In this document: piece by piece, positions 1 to 9,049 of the stretch
Position numbering within the stretch: position 1 is the first letter of the stretch
Layout: each line of letters starts with the position of its first letter
Assembly: GCA_965248365.1 (NCBI GenBank)
Contig: CBDFJA010000003.1
Span: 386,841-450,840, forward strand
Length of the DNA stretch: 64,000 bases
From: Bryobacterales bacterium
Lineage (GTDB): Bacteria > Acidobacteriota > Terriglobia > Bryobacterales > UBA6623
Direction: 5' to 3'
The notes under the pieces: model-generated
The model's input: the letters and a program-made list of their open reading frames with translations, nothing else
Told to the model about the DNA's origin: nothing
Database searches by the model: none
Made by a program: the position numbers and the translations under genes

Positions 1-323
1 TGCCACATGGTCCCTGGGACAATACCCGCGGACACGCGATGGTCGGCCATCTGCCTGACTTCATCAGCTCCAACCCGGAGGGAGCCTGGGAATCTACCAG
101 GGCTACTCTGGAGGGTTTGTGCAAATTCCGCGCTCTACTGAACAAGAACGCATACGACCTGCCGCCCGTACAGACGAACGAACCGCAATTTTTGTGGCAA
201 CCGCCGGTGGGGCCCGGTCTCTGCGAATACCTAGAAGGTAAAGCAAGCGAGCGGACAGGCGAGGGCGGCGGTACAGATGGGTCCGCGCGCCTAGCCAACA
301 TCCGTAAAGCGCTGGAGAGACTA
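1..323 (+). pseudogene. 5' part of a hypothetical gene interrupted by an IS630-family element (ORF open to the window edge)
   Basis: The frame containing ORF 39..338 has no stop from nt 3. The native reading ends ...KALERL at 323, exactly where the IS inverted repeat begins, and it resumes in frame at 1421 when the IS plus one TA is removed. Confidence 0.6.
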
Positions 324-1418
324 TTGAATCTCGCATAATATCGAGTTAGTCAAGGCCAAGAGAAGACTGCTTCCAGAAGGCCGTAATCAAGCGCGGTTTG
401 CGGCGCATGCGACGCAGGGATTTGCGGGCACGCTCGTCCAGCTCCCAGTAGTCCTTCGGACAGACGTTCGGCAACTCGTGCTGCTTCCAGTAAGCCCAAA
501 TGTATTCCACCGGGTTCAGCTCCGGTGCATAGGGCGGCAAGCACTCCGTGGCGATGTGGCCTTCGGAGAGCTCGATGAACTCCCGCACCAGGCGGCTGCG
601 GTGCGCCGGCAGGCGGTCCCAGACGATCAGCAGCGGGCCGTCGATGTGGCGGACCAAAGCCTTCAGGAAGTCGATGACCTCCAGCTCGCCGATGGCGCCG
701 GGATAGAGCCGGAAGTAGAAGTTGCGCAAGGTCAGCCCGGCGGAAACGGAAGTTTCTGCCAGTTGAAGTTGAACTCCAGCACGGGTGTCTCGCCGCGGGG
801 CGCCCAGGTGCGGCAACGATGGGGCTTCTGACTCAGTCCGCTTTCGTCGATGAAGACGATCGTGCGGCCTTGTTTTTGGGCTTTTTTTAGTGGCCGGCCA
901 AGTCTTGCGCCGCCAGTTGCGGATGGCTTCTTCGTTGCGCTCGCGGGCCTTGCCGACAGGCCGTTGCGGGCTCCAGTGGAGCGCCCGCAGGATCTTCCAA
1001 ACATGACCTTCGTGATAGCGCACGCCGAACTCGTCGGCGATCAGACGAGCGACTCGCGGACAAGTCCACAGCGGCGTCGAGAAGCCCTGCGCTTCGGGGC
1101 CCCGCAGCAGCATTGCCTCCAGACGTTCCCGTTGCGTGGCGTCTAACAGCGGCTTGCGGCCGGCGCGCCCGGCCCGGCGGAGTCCGGCGGCACCGTACGC
1201 GCCATGCTCGCTAACCCAACGGCTCACGCTTTGCTGCGCCGCCTTCACGCGCCGTGCTGCCTCGGACTGACTCAAACCTTCGTCAACGACCAGCCGCACG
1301 GCCTCCAGCCGTCGCTTTTCCAGAGCATCAAAATCGCGCCTTACGCCTCTTGGGTTCCCCATGTCTATTAAGACGAGCAGAACCCCCAAAAGGTTACTCT
1401 ATATTATACGGGAGTCAA
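324..1418 (-). mobile_element. IS630-family insertion sequence, full length (1095 bp) with TA target-site duplication
   Basis: Imperfect terminal inverted repeats TTGAATCTCGCATAATAT (from 324) and TTGACTCCCGTATAATAT (reverse complement ending at 1418). TA is present at 322-323 and 1419-1420. The element encloses the transposase ORF. Confidence 0.85.
346..1389 (-). CDS. IS630-family (Tc1/mariner-like) DDE transposase; the central segment is out of frame with the conserved first-D motif
   Basis: 347-aa open ORF with an HTH-like N-terminus. LIVWDRLPAHRS and LPPYAPELNPVEYIW motifs are present. IVFIDESG lies in the alternative-frame ORF 732..1004. Confidence 0.8.
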   Translation of the reverse strand: MGVLLVLIDMGNPRGVRRDFDALEKRRLEAVRLVVDEGLSQSEAARRVKAAQQSVSRWVSEHGAYGAAGLRRAGRAGRKPLLDATQRERLEAMLLRGPEAQGFSTPLWTCPRVARLIADEFGVRYHEGHVWKILRALHWSPQRPVGKARERNEEAIRNWRRKTWPATKKSPKTRPHDRLHRRKRTESEAPSLPHLGAPRRDTRAGVQLQLAETSVSAGLTLRNFYFRLYPGAIGELEVIDFLKALVRHIDGPLLIVWDRLPAHRSRLVREFIELSEGHIATECLPPYAPELNPVEYIWAYWKQHELPNVCPKDYWELDERARKSLRRMRRKPRLITAFWKQSSLGLD

Positions 1419-1420
1419 TA

Positions 1421-2050
1421 GGTCAGGTGAACCCCCTTCCGGGAACCCGAGCGCTCGGCCCGTTCGCATTGAATAAACTCACGTTTCGTTTTTGGGAATC
1501 CAATGACCATTGGCTCGGACAGCCGAGCATCGCGGCGGCCCTGTACGCTGTAAACAAACAAATTGCCCAGGACCATAAACGGGGGCTTCTTCCAACGGAT
1601 AAGAATCTAAGCCTGAACACGACCTGGAAGACGAAAATCGAGTCGGATTCCATCACCGAATTCCAACAACAAAAGGCCTATACCCTGCCGAACGAACTCA
1701 TCGGATACGACTTCGACAACTGTGCGCGGGTCGTATCAGCCAGTGCATCACTGCCTTGTGACAGTAAAGGCCTTCAAAAACACCATTGGGCGTTGGACAA
1801 CGCGGACCAAGGGTACCCAGTCGAGACGATTACGGTCAGCATGAGTGCACCGGACGTCAGTGCGACCAAAGAATCGGGGCCCGCTGGCGGGGAACGGGTT
1901 CGTTTCGACATAAAGCTTTCCTATGAACTGTTCGGGCTGAAGGAATCTTCGCCAAGCCCGATGAGGTTCCTACCTACGGAACGGTGGAAACCCAATGGAC
2001 GTCGGTTTATCAGGACAGATTCCGCGATGAGACGCACCGACAATGGGTGA
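1421..2050 (+). pseudogene. 3' continuation of the IS630-interrupted hypothetical gene
   Basis: Codon GGT at 1421 is in frame with codon CTA at 321-323 after excision of the IS and one TA. The first 20 codons of track ORF 1361..2050 are IS sequence. Confidence 0.55.
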
Positions 2051-2664
2051 GAGCCGGGAGGTTCGGCGGGCGGTTGGAAGCGCAAAAGGCTCAGCGAAAG
2101 GCTCAGCTTGAACAAAAAGGTCTGCTCGATGAACGAGACCCTAAATTAAACAAAAGAACCTACTCCTACCTGCACGAGCAGCAGGGCTTTGAGTTCGGTC
2201 CGCCTTACCTGCCGGTGATGGAGGTATGCGATGTCATGCGCCTGCGGCGCGAGTCTCCATCGGGGAATGGCGACCCGCGAACCGCGAACGAAGAGGCGGT
2301 TCTCGGCCGTATGCTGTTAAAGGAGTTGGGCCGGACGGTCAGTGGCCGCTCGGACACCCGCGGTCCTCGCTACCCTGCGCGGACCCTCGTCGCCGACCAA
2401 CAAGATGGGGTTAATTTCTTTCGAATCCGGCCCGTGAGGGCTGACGGTAAGTACGCAACGACGATCTCGGTCTTTGTTGGCTGGGACTGGGCCACGGACG
2501 ATTCCGGGGGTGAAATCCTCGGCGCGTGCGCCGTGCATGTCCAAGGACTGGCGCCGCGCGTATTTAGTTTTCCCATGGCGGTGCCGGAAGAGGCGCCCGC
2601 GGAGAAAGACGTCCAAATCAGCGACTTTCAACCCGGCAAGAGGCCGGCGTCCCCTCGGCAATGA
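1984..2664 (+). CDS. Hypothetical protein; may be a frameshifted continuation of the upstream ORF
   Basis: 226-aa ORF. Its frame is already open and protein-like from 1927 (TVRAEGIFAKPDEVPTYG...), while the upstream frame turns Arg-rich before its stop. Its stop overlaps the next start as ATGA at 2661-2664. Confidence 0.4.
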   Translation: METQWTSVYQDRFRDETHRQWVRAGRFGGRLEAQKAQRKAQLEQKGLLDERDPKLNKRTYSYLHEQQGFEFGPPYLPVMEVCDVMRLRRESPSGNGDPRTANEEAVLGRMLLKELGRTVSGRSDTRGPRYPARTLVADQQDGVNFFRIRPVRADGKYATTISVFVGWDWATDDSGGEILGACAVHVQGLAPRVFSFPMAVPEEAPAEKDVQISDFQPGKRPASPRQ

Positions 2665-5588
2665 TTCTTACCGATGCCCAACGCGAAGCGGGTGACAACG
2701 CGATGAGTTCTCACGGTCGTCATAAACGGGGCGGCGCCCGGACGATCCTCATGCTGGGCAGCCTGCTGCTGGGAACAGGATTCCTCTGCGCCCAACAGGA
2801 GTACGCTGAAGACTCGCTTCTCGGCGGCTTCGGCAGCTACGAGCGTGAAGAGTCGCCGAGGAAGATTTACGGCGTCACCGAGCCGGGTTCGGTCGGCAAT
2901 TCGCTGTTGCTGACGATCTCCAATCGTGACGAACGGGTTTCCATCGCCAGTGCGCGGGCGGAGTTGGTGAGTGATCCTTCCTCCGTCGCTAATTTGCAGT
3001 TCGATCCTCCGACGGTTTCCGACATCGAGCCGGGCGAGTCGAAGCAAATTAGGGTTCGATTTGATGTCGATGAGGATGCGCCGCTGGGCGAAAGCGAAAT
3101 GCTGCGCTTTCGCGTCTTTGACGAGGAGGGCCGATCCTCTTCGTGGTTGGACACTTCCTTGTGGCTGACCTACGTATCGAACGCTCCCCTGGTTTTGCGG
3201 CTGGTCAAGATCGAAGCATACTCGCCGCGATCGTCGGACGGTTGCCAGCTGGACTACCGGGAGGGGCAGGCCGGCCTTGTCACGCTGTGCGAGAAGGAAG
3301 GATCCCGGGTGGCGGCAAGTGTGGCGCTCGGCCGGTTTCCGTATGAGATCGTCTTCGGCGAGCCCTTCGAGTTCGAGGCCGAGGTGAAATACCAGGTCCG
3401 CTACTCGCCCGGGCACCCCTGCCACGAGGCTTCCGGAGGGGCGGAGCAATTGGAAGACTGTCGAGAACTTTTCACACGCACCACTTGGAATTTCCACAGA
3501 CATTGGAATTTGGGCTATATCACAATGGACGGCAAGGGGCCGGAAACGGTTCGGACAACGCTGCGCTTCGTGCCGGAGCGATGCATGGTCCCTTCCAATT
3601 TAGGGGCCGTCGGTTGCGACGACTTCGGCGGCCGTTGGTCCCAAGACCCGGCCGGAGAGAAGCGGCGAAATGACGAGCAGTGGCGCTCAATCTCCTACAA
3701 GATCGAGACCGAGCCCGCGGGCATGGATTGGGCGTATCAGACGCCGGAGAAGCTCACCATATACTGGCCGTCCCAATATAAGGCTGACAACGGCGGTTTC
3801 GTCCGTTTGTTCTCCTCTCACAGGCACGCCGACGGCACGCCCATCGTAAGCTTCTCTTTGCTGAGAGGTCTCGAGGAGGTCCCTAGCGAACACTCCGTCG
3901 CTTTCGCGCTCGACGTCTCCGCGGGCGGTTCCCGAGCGGAGCTAAAGCTTCATTACCGGCCGGTGCGCCGCGGGGACTCTTCTCTCTCCTCGGTGCAGCC
4001 CTTCCGCCATCCTGATCTCGGCCCGGAGCTGAGCGGCGATGAGGCTGACAGCTTGTCCGACGCGGGCGAGGAGAGCGACGATCGAGCGGCCTCGGAATTG
4101 AGCGACGAGGGAAGGACCGCCGGGCAGGCGCCGCTCCGAAGACCGGTTCCCTCGGTGGAGGACACGGGTGTTACCGAGGCGGAAAGGACCCTTCGAGAGG
4201 AGGGTTTCGCTCCCCGGGCGCGGACCGCGTCCCCGGGGCCGACGCCTGATCGGACGGGCAAGGTGCAGTCACAGTCTCCTGGGGCCGTTGGGGAAAGGCC
4301 GGCCGGCACGGAAGTGGGGAAACAGGTATACGGTCCCGCCGAACCGGAATCGGCGCGCGCCAAAAGCCCGCCGAAGCCTTCCTCGGAGGAACTCTGCGAA
4401 ACCTACCGCGGCATGGCGCGGATGGCGACCAACGAGCAGGTGCGGGCTTCGGCCCTGCAACTACTCCGGGGGATGGGGTGTTCGGCGCCCCCCGCGTCGA
4501 TTTCCCCACCAGCGCAAGAAACCGGGGCTTTCCCTCCTCCCGACGATCCTCGCTTTGACCCGCCGGCCCGCAAGCAAGACCGGACGCCGGACCCCACCGC
4601 GAGGCAGCGGTCACGGACCGGGACGGTTCCCCGCGTCGTCGCCCTAGAGGCAAAGCAAGCCAAAGACGCAATCGAAGCGCAGGGATACACCATGGAGGTG
4701 GAGGTGGGGTCGCCGGCCAGGCGCGAGACAGACGCCTACCGGGTCTCTCGGCAGCAGCCCGCGGCGGGTTCTCTCCTGGCTAGAGGCGGAGCGGTCAAGA
4801 TAACGATCTGGGACCGCTGGAGCGCTCCTCAGAAGCGGGTCCCCGACGTCGTTGGGAGTCGCGCGGCCGACGCCAAGGCCACCCTCGAAAGACAAGGTTT
4901 CATCGCCTCGGTCGAAGTGGGAGCGCCCGCGGAAAGTGAGGGAGAAGCGTACACCGTTGCCCGGCAAACACCCGGGTCGGGCACGCCAGCCCCAGCAGGC
5001 GCCCAGGTGGCGTTGCGCGTTCACGGCCCTTACCAGCCGAAGCCCGAACCGGAGAGGTCCAAGTCCGATCCGACCCCAGCCCCGACGGCTGCGAGCAGCG
5101 ATGCGGACCAGCTACTGGTGCCGAGTACACTCCTTGGGCGGAAACTTTACGACGATCTGTGGGATGCCAAGCCCGGGCCTGCCGGGAAACTCATCCTCTC
5201 TCGGCCCGAGCCGGATTATTTATGGCGGGAACCAACTTCAACCTGTATAAGCTATAAGAAGGCTCTCGGTCTTGCCCCAGCCTGCGATTTCGTCCACGGG
5301 ATCGAGCTGAATTACCAGGAGAAGCCGGTTTTCTTCCTGGTTTGGATGGAGCCGGGAGACAAGGCTCGCGGCAAACGGGACGGTTACAACTGGAAGTCGT
5401 ACAACGCTGCGCATAACTGTGGCGGCGGCTTGCAAAAAGATCCAAAAATAGCCCTTTATGTGCTCCCCAGCAAAACCAAGAAGGCCGCTGTGCTGATGGA
5501 CATGAAGGGCCGGGATCCGAGTCCCGTGCTGCCAGCGGCGCGGGATCTCCTCGCGCAAGTCGAGCAGTTTTCGGTGCCTTGCCGCTAG
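2661..5588 (+). CDS. Large secreted protein of unknown function with two PASTA-like repeats and a Pro/Ser-rich disordered linker
   Basis: 975-aa ORF. Signal-like segment ARTILMLGSLLLGTGFLCAQQ (alternative start ATG 2703). Two ~65-aa repeats start VPRVVALEAKQAKDAIEAQGY... and VPDVVGSRAADAKATLERQGF..., resembling PASTA domains. Confidence 0.7.
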   Translation: MILTDAQREAGDNAMSSHGRHKRGGARTILMLGSLLLGTGFLCAQQEYAEDSLLGGFGSYEREESPRKIYGVTEPGSVGNSLLLTISNRDERVSIASARAELVSDPSSVANLQFDPPTVSDIEPGESKQIRVRFDVDEDAPLGESEMLRFRVFDEEGRSSSWLDTSLWLTYVSNAPLVLRLVKIEAYSPRSSDGCQLDYREGQAGLVTLCEKEGSRVAASVALGRFPYEIVFGEPFEFEAEVKYQVRYSPGHPCHEASGGAEQLEDCRELFTRTTWNFHRHWNLGYITMDGKGPETVRTTLRFVPERCMVPSNLGAVGCDDFGGRWSQDPAGEKRRNDEQWRSISYKIETEPAGMDWAYQTPEKLTIYWPSQYKADNGGFVRLFSSHRHADGTPIVSFSLLRGLEEVPSEHSVAFALDVSAGGSRAELKLHYRPVRRGDSSLSSVQPFRHPDLGPELSGDEADSLSDAGEESDDRAASELSDEGRTAGQAPLRRPVPSVEDTGVTEAERTLREEGFAPRARTASPGPTPDRTGKVQSQSPGAVGERPAGTEVGKQVYGPAEPESARAKSPPKPSSEELCETYRGMARMATNEQVRASALQLLRGMGCSAPPASISPPAQETGAFPPPDDPRFDPPARKQDRTPDPTARQRSRTGTVPRVVALEAKQAKDAIEAQGYTMEVEVGSPARRETDAYRVSRQQPAAGSLLARGGAVKITIWDRWSAPQKRVPDVVGSRAADAKATLERQGFIASVEVGAPAESEGEAYTVARQTPGSGTPAPAGAQVALRVHGPYQPKPEPERSKSDPTPAPTAASSDADQLLVPSTLLGRKLYDDLWDAKPGPAGKLILSRPEPDYLWREPTSTCISYKKALGLAPACDFVHGIELNYQEKPVFFLVWMEPGDKARGKRDGYNWKSYNAAHNCGGGLQKDPKIALYVLPSKTKKAAVLMDMKGRDPSPVLPAARDLLAQVEQFSVPCR

Positions 5589-5805
5589 GCCGCTTTTCTC
5601 ATCAGGTGGCGAGCCCGCTTTTCTCACCACGTAGCCGGCAGGAGCGGAAGCAAACGCCCGCCGTCAGGGATGTAGGGGTGCGATTTATCGCGCCCGCTTG
5701 CGGCATACTGTACGCTGGGCGACGTAGGGAAACTGTCGCCGCGAGCCGTGGCCACCGGGCCTTTCGCCGAATCCACTGCGGCCGCCGGCGAGAAATCCGG
5801 GCTAG
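5585..5805. repeat. MITE-like intergenic element, copy M1, with CTAG-tipped terminal inverted repeats
   Basis: Left ends are CTAGGCCGCTTTTCTCATCAGG and CGAGCCCGCTTTTCTCACCAC. The right end is GGCGAGAAATCCGGGCTAG. Internal hairpin GGGGTGCGATTTATCGCGCCC. Aligns over its length with the reverse complement of 8033..8238. Confidence 0.75.
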
Positions 5806-5809
5806 CGTT

Positions 5810-7433
5810 GTGTTGCGATTCACCGTTTCGGTTATAGCTATCGCCTCTTGCGTGTCCCTCCTGGCCGCGCGGGAACCCGTTGAGATACGAGGCCGGGTGG
5901 CCGGTGTTTCAGGTGGTGAAGTCTCCCTGCGGGTGGACGGCGATCTGTTGCCCCGGGCAGGAGATCAGGTCCGGATCCTGACCGAAGTTCCGGGTCTTGG
6001 CGAGACACCCCTCGCAGGCACCTGGAAAGTTTCCAGCGTGACGCAGACCGAGGTGCTTATCGAGCGTACCGAGGGCGAGGGCGTCCCGGAAACCGGCAAC
6101 GCAGTCCGGATCATCTCGCCGAACCCCCAGAGGAAGTCGGACGCCCCCCGAACGCTGAGCGCCGAAGATCGGGGAGGGGGGATCCTAGCCCGGGTCATCG
6201 AGGCTCGGAGGGGCCGAGCGGCTGGACTCCGTCGAAACTCTGCGTTGGGTGCAAACCGTCGACGAGCAGACCGAAAGCGGCGCCGAAAGCTACAAGAGAA
6301 CTTTCTTGGCCGCCTACCCGGATCAGTTCCGTCTCGACGCTCACCGGCCGTCGAAAGCGGAATCGACGGCGATTGGAAGGACCGCGGGATTCCATCAACG
6401 CAACACGGGAACGGTCCCCATTGAAGAGGAGCAGTTGCCCAGCGCCAGGCGTCCTTTTCAGCTCAGCGTCTTCACGCTGCTGCGTCTCCGGAGGGAACTT
6501 GGCGTCAGAGTCTCTTTCGCGGGGGAGAGAGACGATTCCGGGCGGAAGCAGCTCGACGTGACTGTCGGCCCGGATGAGCTGAAGCTGTTCGTCAACAGCG
6601 CCCATCGCGTCACCGGCCGCGAGCTAACGCTTAAACAGCCGGACGGGTCGACCAAGCGGCTGATGAGCCTTTTTCCCGATTTCCGGGAAGTCGACGGCTT
6701 GATCTTGCCGTTTCACGCGCGGTTTGAGGTGGATGGGGAATTGGCTGCCGAGGTTCGTACCGAGTCGGCCACCTTCAACCAGCCAATCGATCCGTCCGAG
6801 TTCGAGCCCACCCAGCAGCAGAAATCGCAGATCGCGTGGAGCATACTGACCGGGAAGGGCGTTCATCGAAACTTTGTCAAGGCAGGCAGGTTATTTGAAG
6901 AGCTTTGCCAGGAAGGGCATCAGCGCTCGTGCGAAAGAGCGGGATTCTACGAAGCCTTCCTTGATGCAGGTCGGCGCACAGCGCCGCGCGAAAGAGTCAA
7001 GGTTGGAGACTTCCAGGACTTCATCGGCCTCTCCCGTGGCCAGAAGAAGGGGCGCGTTCTCAAGCTGTTCGGTGAGCCAAGCGGGCGCAGGCCCCAGACT
7101 CGCGATGGCGAGATTTGGGCGTACAACCTTGGAGATGCGAGGTCGGACTGGCTTACGGTCTTTTTCGATGGTAAGAACCGAATCCGGATCATCATGTTGG
7201 ACAAGCAGCACTCCATCGGCCAGTTGGAGCGCAGGGGGATCACCGAACCCAAGCTAACGATCGGCTATTTGCAGACCGAGGTGAGGGGGATGATCGGTCC
7301 ACCTGAGCGTATTTTCGGGAAGCACGGCCCTTTCTACAAATGGCGGCACCCCCGCGTCAGTTTGACAATAAGCTTTCCCAACCGAACCTTCGGCCTTTGC
7401 AACGGGATGACAATTATGTGGTACTACAACTGA
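5810..7433 (+). CDS. Secreted protein with a LolA-like middle region; apparent frame break near 6200 (ORFs 5810-6424 and 6189-7433)
   Basis: GTG at 5810 gives the signal-like VLRFTVSVIAIASCVSLLAA. The first frame degenerates into an Arg-rich tail after ...ILARVIEA, while the next frame reads LGGAERLDSVETLRWV... through to 7433. The break lies at a G-run. Confidence 0.45.
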
Positions 7434-7588
7434 GCGCTCCGGCAAAGGTGCAGTCCTTCTTGCCGGGTGGCTGGGCCTACGGGTTGCTGTGCCACACAAC
7501 AAGCGACCACTCCACGGCTCTTAGCGGGACTTTTCCGGTCCTCGGTCTTGGCGTGTGGCGAGAAGGCGGGCGAAGGTCTTCAAAAAGC

Positions 7589-7665
7589 TGGTCGGGCCGC
7601 CGAGATTTGAACTCGGGACCTCTTCCACCCCAAGGAAGCGCGCTACCAGGCTGCGCCACGGCCCG
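7589..7665 (-). tRNA. tRNA-Pro (anticodon GGG), CCA encoded
   Basis: 77-nt cloverleaf read by hand. Acceptor CGGGCCG/CGGCCCG, D arm GCGC-AGCCTGGTA-GCGC, anticodon arm CTTCC-TTGGGGT-GGAAG with G37, T arm CCGAG-TTCAAAT-CTCGG, discriminator A plus CCA. Confidence 0.9.
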
Positions 7666-7787
7666 ACCCAACGACATTGTAGCTTACGCGACCAGGCGGG
7701 CGTAGCCGGGGTCGCGGTCCCGTTTTCACCGAATTTATGTGTCGGCAAAGGCTTGACTCCTGCGTGGAAGACCGTTTAAAACGCTCC

Positions 7788-8035
7788 GGTCGGCTCACGA
7801 CCACGTCGGTTCTTCCCTGATGAGACGCGCCCCGTCAAGCACGGTGTGAATTGTCCGTAGGGGCGAGACTCATCGCGCCGGTCGCGGGCGACTTGTCGTC
7901 CTGACGGCCTCCCAAGCCCTTCGCCTCGCCACGCATTGAGTTGCCCCGAACTTCCTACGCCCCGTAGCGTGAAAATACGGCCCGTAACATACACTTGGGT
8001 TGCAGACAGATCCCGTTTCCAAAGTAGAATCCGGG
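7788..8035. repeat. MITE-like element, copy M2a (diverged; left end uncertain)
   Basis: Contains the GTAGGGGCGAGACTCATCGCGCC hairpin. The right terminus GTAGAATCCGGGCTA resembles the M1 right end. Confidence 0.45.
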
Positions 8036-8238
8036 CTAACCCGCGTTTCTCACCACGGCCGCGGTGGATGAGGCGAAGGGCGCGGCGGTCATCGCTCGCG
8101 GCGACAGTTTGTGTGCCACTCCCTGCGTACAACCATGTCGGCAAGCGCGCGCGATGAATCGCGCCCCTACATCCCTGACGGCGGGCATTTGCTTGCACTT
8201 CTACCTGCAGCTGGCGAGAAAAGCGGGCTAAACGGGTT
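8033..8238. repeat. MITE-like element, copy M2b (opposite orientation to M1)
   Basis: Ends are CTAACCCGCGTTTCTCACCAC and GGCGAGAAAAGCGGGCTAA. Hairpin GCGCGCGATGAATCGCGCCCCTAC. Its reverse complement aligns with 5610..5805 along the whole length. Confidence 0.75.
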
Positions 8239-8256
8239 TGAGAGGAATCCTACTAA

Positions 8257-8688
8257 CTACAAGGAGCGCTGGGCGAGCTCGCCCAGCAACGGCAAGGTGT
8301 AGCGTTCGCCTTTGCTGGTCTTGAGCAGCATGAAGATCCAAACGACCAGCAGAGCCAACTCGAGGAGCTTATCAATGGGAATGTAGGGCCCCGGCATGAC
8401 GCGCAGCCATAGTCCGATCGTCCAGTGCACGAGCAGCCAAGCGACAAACAGGTAAAGACCCTGGTAGGCGTGGAAGCGAACGTCCTTAGCTTGTCGAAAT
8501 TTGTCGGCGGCGAGCACGTACAGGCTAGCGATCCAGCCGAGCCAGGGGATGTAGCAGAGAATCGACGCCGCGCGCGGACTGATGGCCGGCCCGCCGCGAG
8601 AGGCTGCCGTGGGTTGGGATCGGCCGCACTGGCGGCAGTATGCGTCCGTATCGAGGACTTGCCGGCCGCATGCTGTGCAGTAGGGCAC
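8257..8688 (-). CDS. Zinc-ribbon plus multi-pass membrane protein (DUF4870-like)
   Basis: 143 aa. N-terminal CTACGRQVLDTDAYCRQCG (two CxxC motifs), followed by about three hydrophobic helices. Confidence 0.65.
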   Translation of the reverse strand: MPYCTACGRQVLDTDAYCRQCGRSQPTAASRGGPAISPRAASILCYIPWLGWIASLYVLAADKFRQAKDVRFHAYQGLYLFVAWLLVHWTIGLWLRVMPGPYIPIDKLLELALLVVWIFMLLKTSKGERYTLPLLGELAQRSL

Positions 8689-8879
8689 GAGTCTGCTCTC
8701 CTAGTGGGGATACGAAGCCCCGCGGCCGCTTGTTCCAAGAGACGCTCCCATGGAATGAAAACCGCAAGGCGCAAACAAGACGAAAACTAGACCGCCGCTT
8801 CAATTGAGCTTGAAGCAAGCGGGCCATGAGGTCAAGGCGGCACCCTCCGGTTACCTCCGTCGGTTTCCGGGGAGTACGT

Positions 8880-9045
8880 GTCAACTCACAAGTAAACAGC
8901 CCACGCTGGGCACACAAGTGGGCGATTCATCGCGCCCGCTTGCCGGCGTACTCTACGCGGAACGATATGCACAGACTGTTGCCGCGAGCCTTGGCCGCCG
9001 GGCCTTCCGCCCCAATCGGTATGACAGCAGAGAAAGCCGGCGGTC
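8880..9045. repeat. Degenerate or partial copy of the MITE-like element (M3)
   Basis: Shares GTGGGCGATTCATCGCGCCCGCTTGCCGGC...ACTGTTGCCGCGAGCCTTGGCCGCCGGGCCTTCCGCC with M1. The termini are eroded. Confidence 0.5.
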
Positions 9046-9049
9046 CCGC

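Noticed and set aside
5579-6424. N-terminal part of ORF 5579..6424, plus ORFs 7776..8198 and 8804..9262, as protein-coding genes
   Set aside because: They are laid over the MITE-like repeats (translations such as VGVRFIAPA, ARDESRPY, WAIHRARLP) and recur in different frames and orientations. Only the part from about 5810 is treated as coding.
5585-9045. The clustered repeats as a CRISPR array
   Set aside because: The units are ~200 bp, irregularly spaced, in both orientations and mutually diverged. There is no short direct repeat/spacer periodicity and no cas genes.
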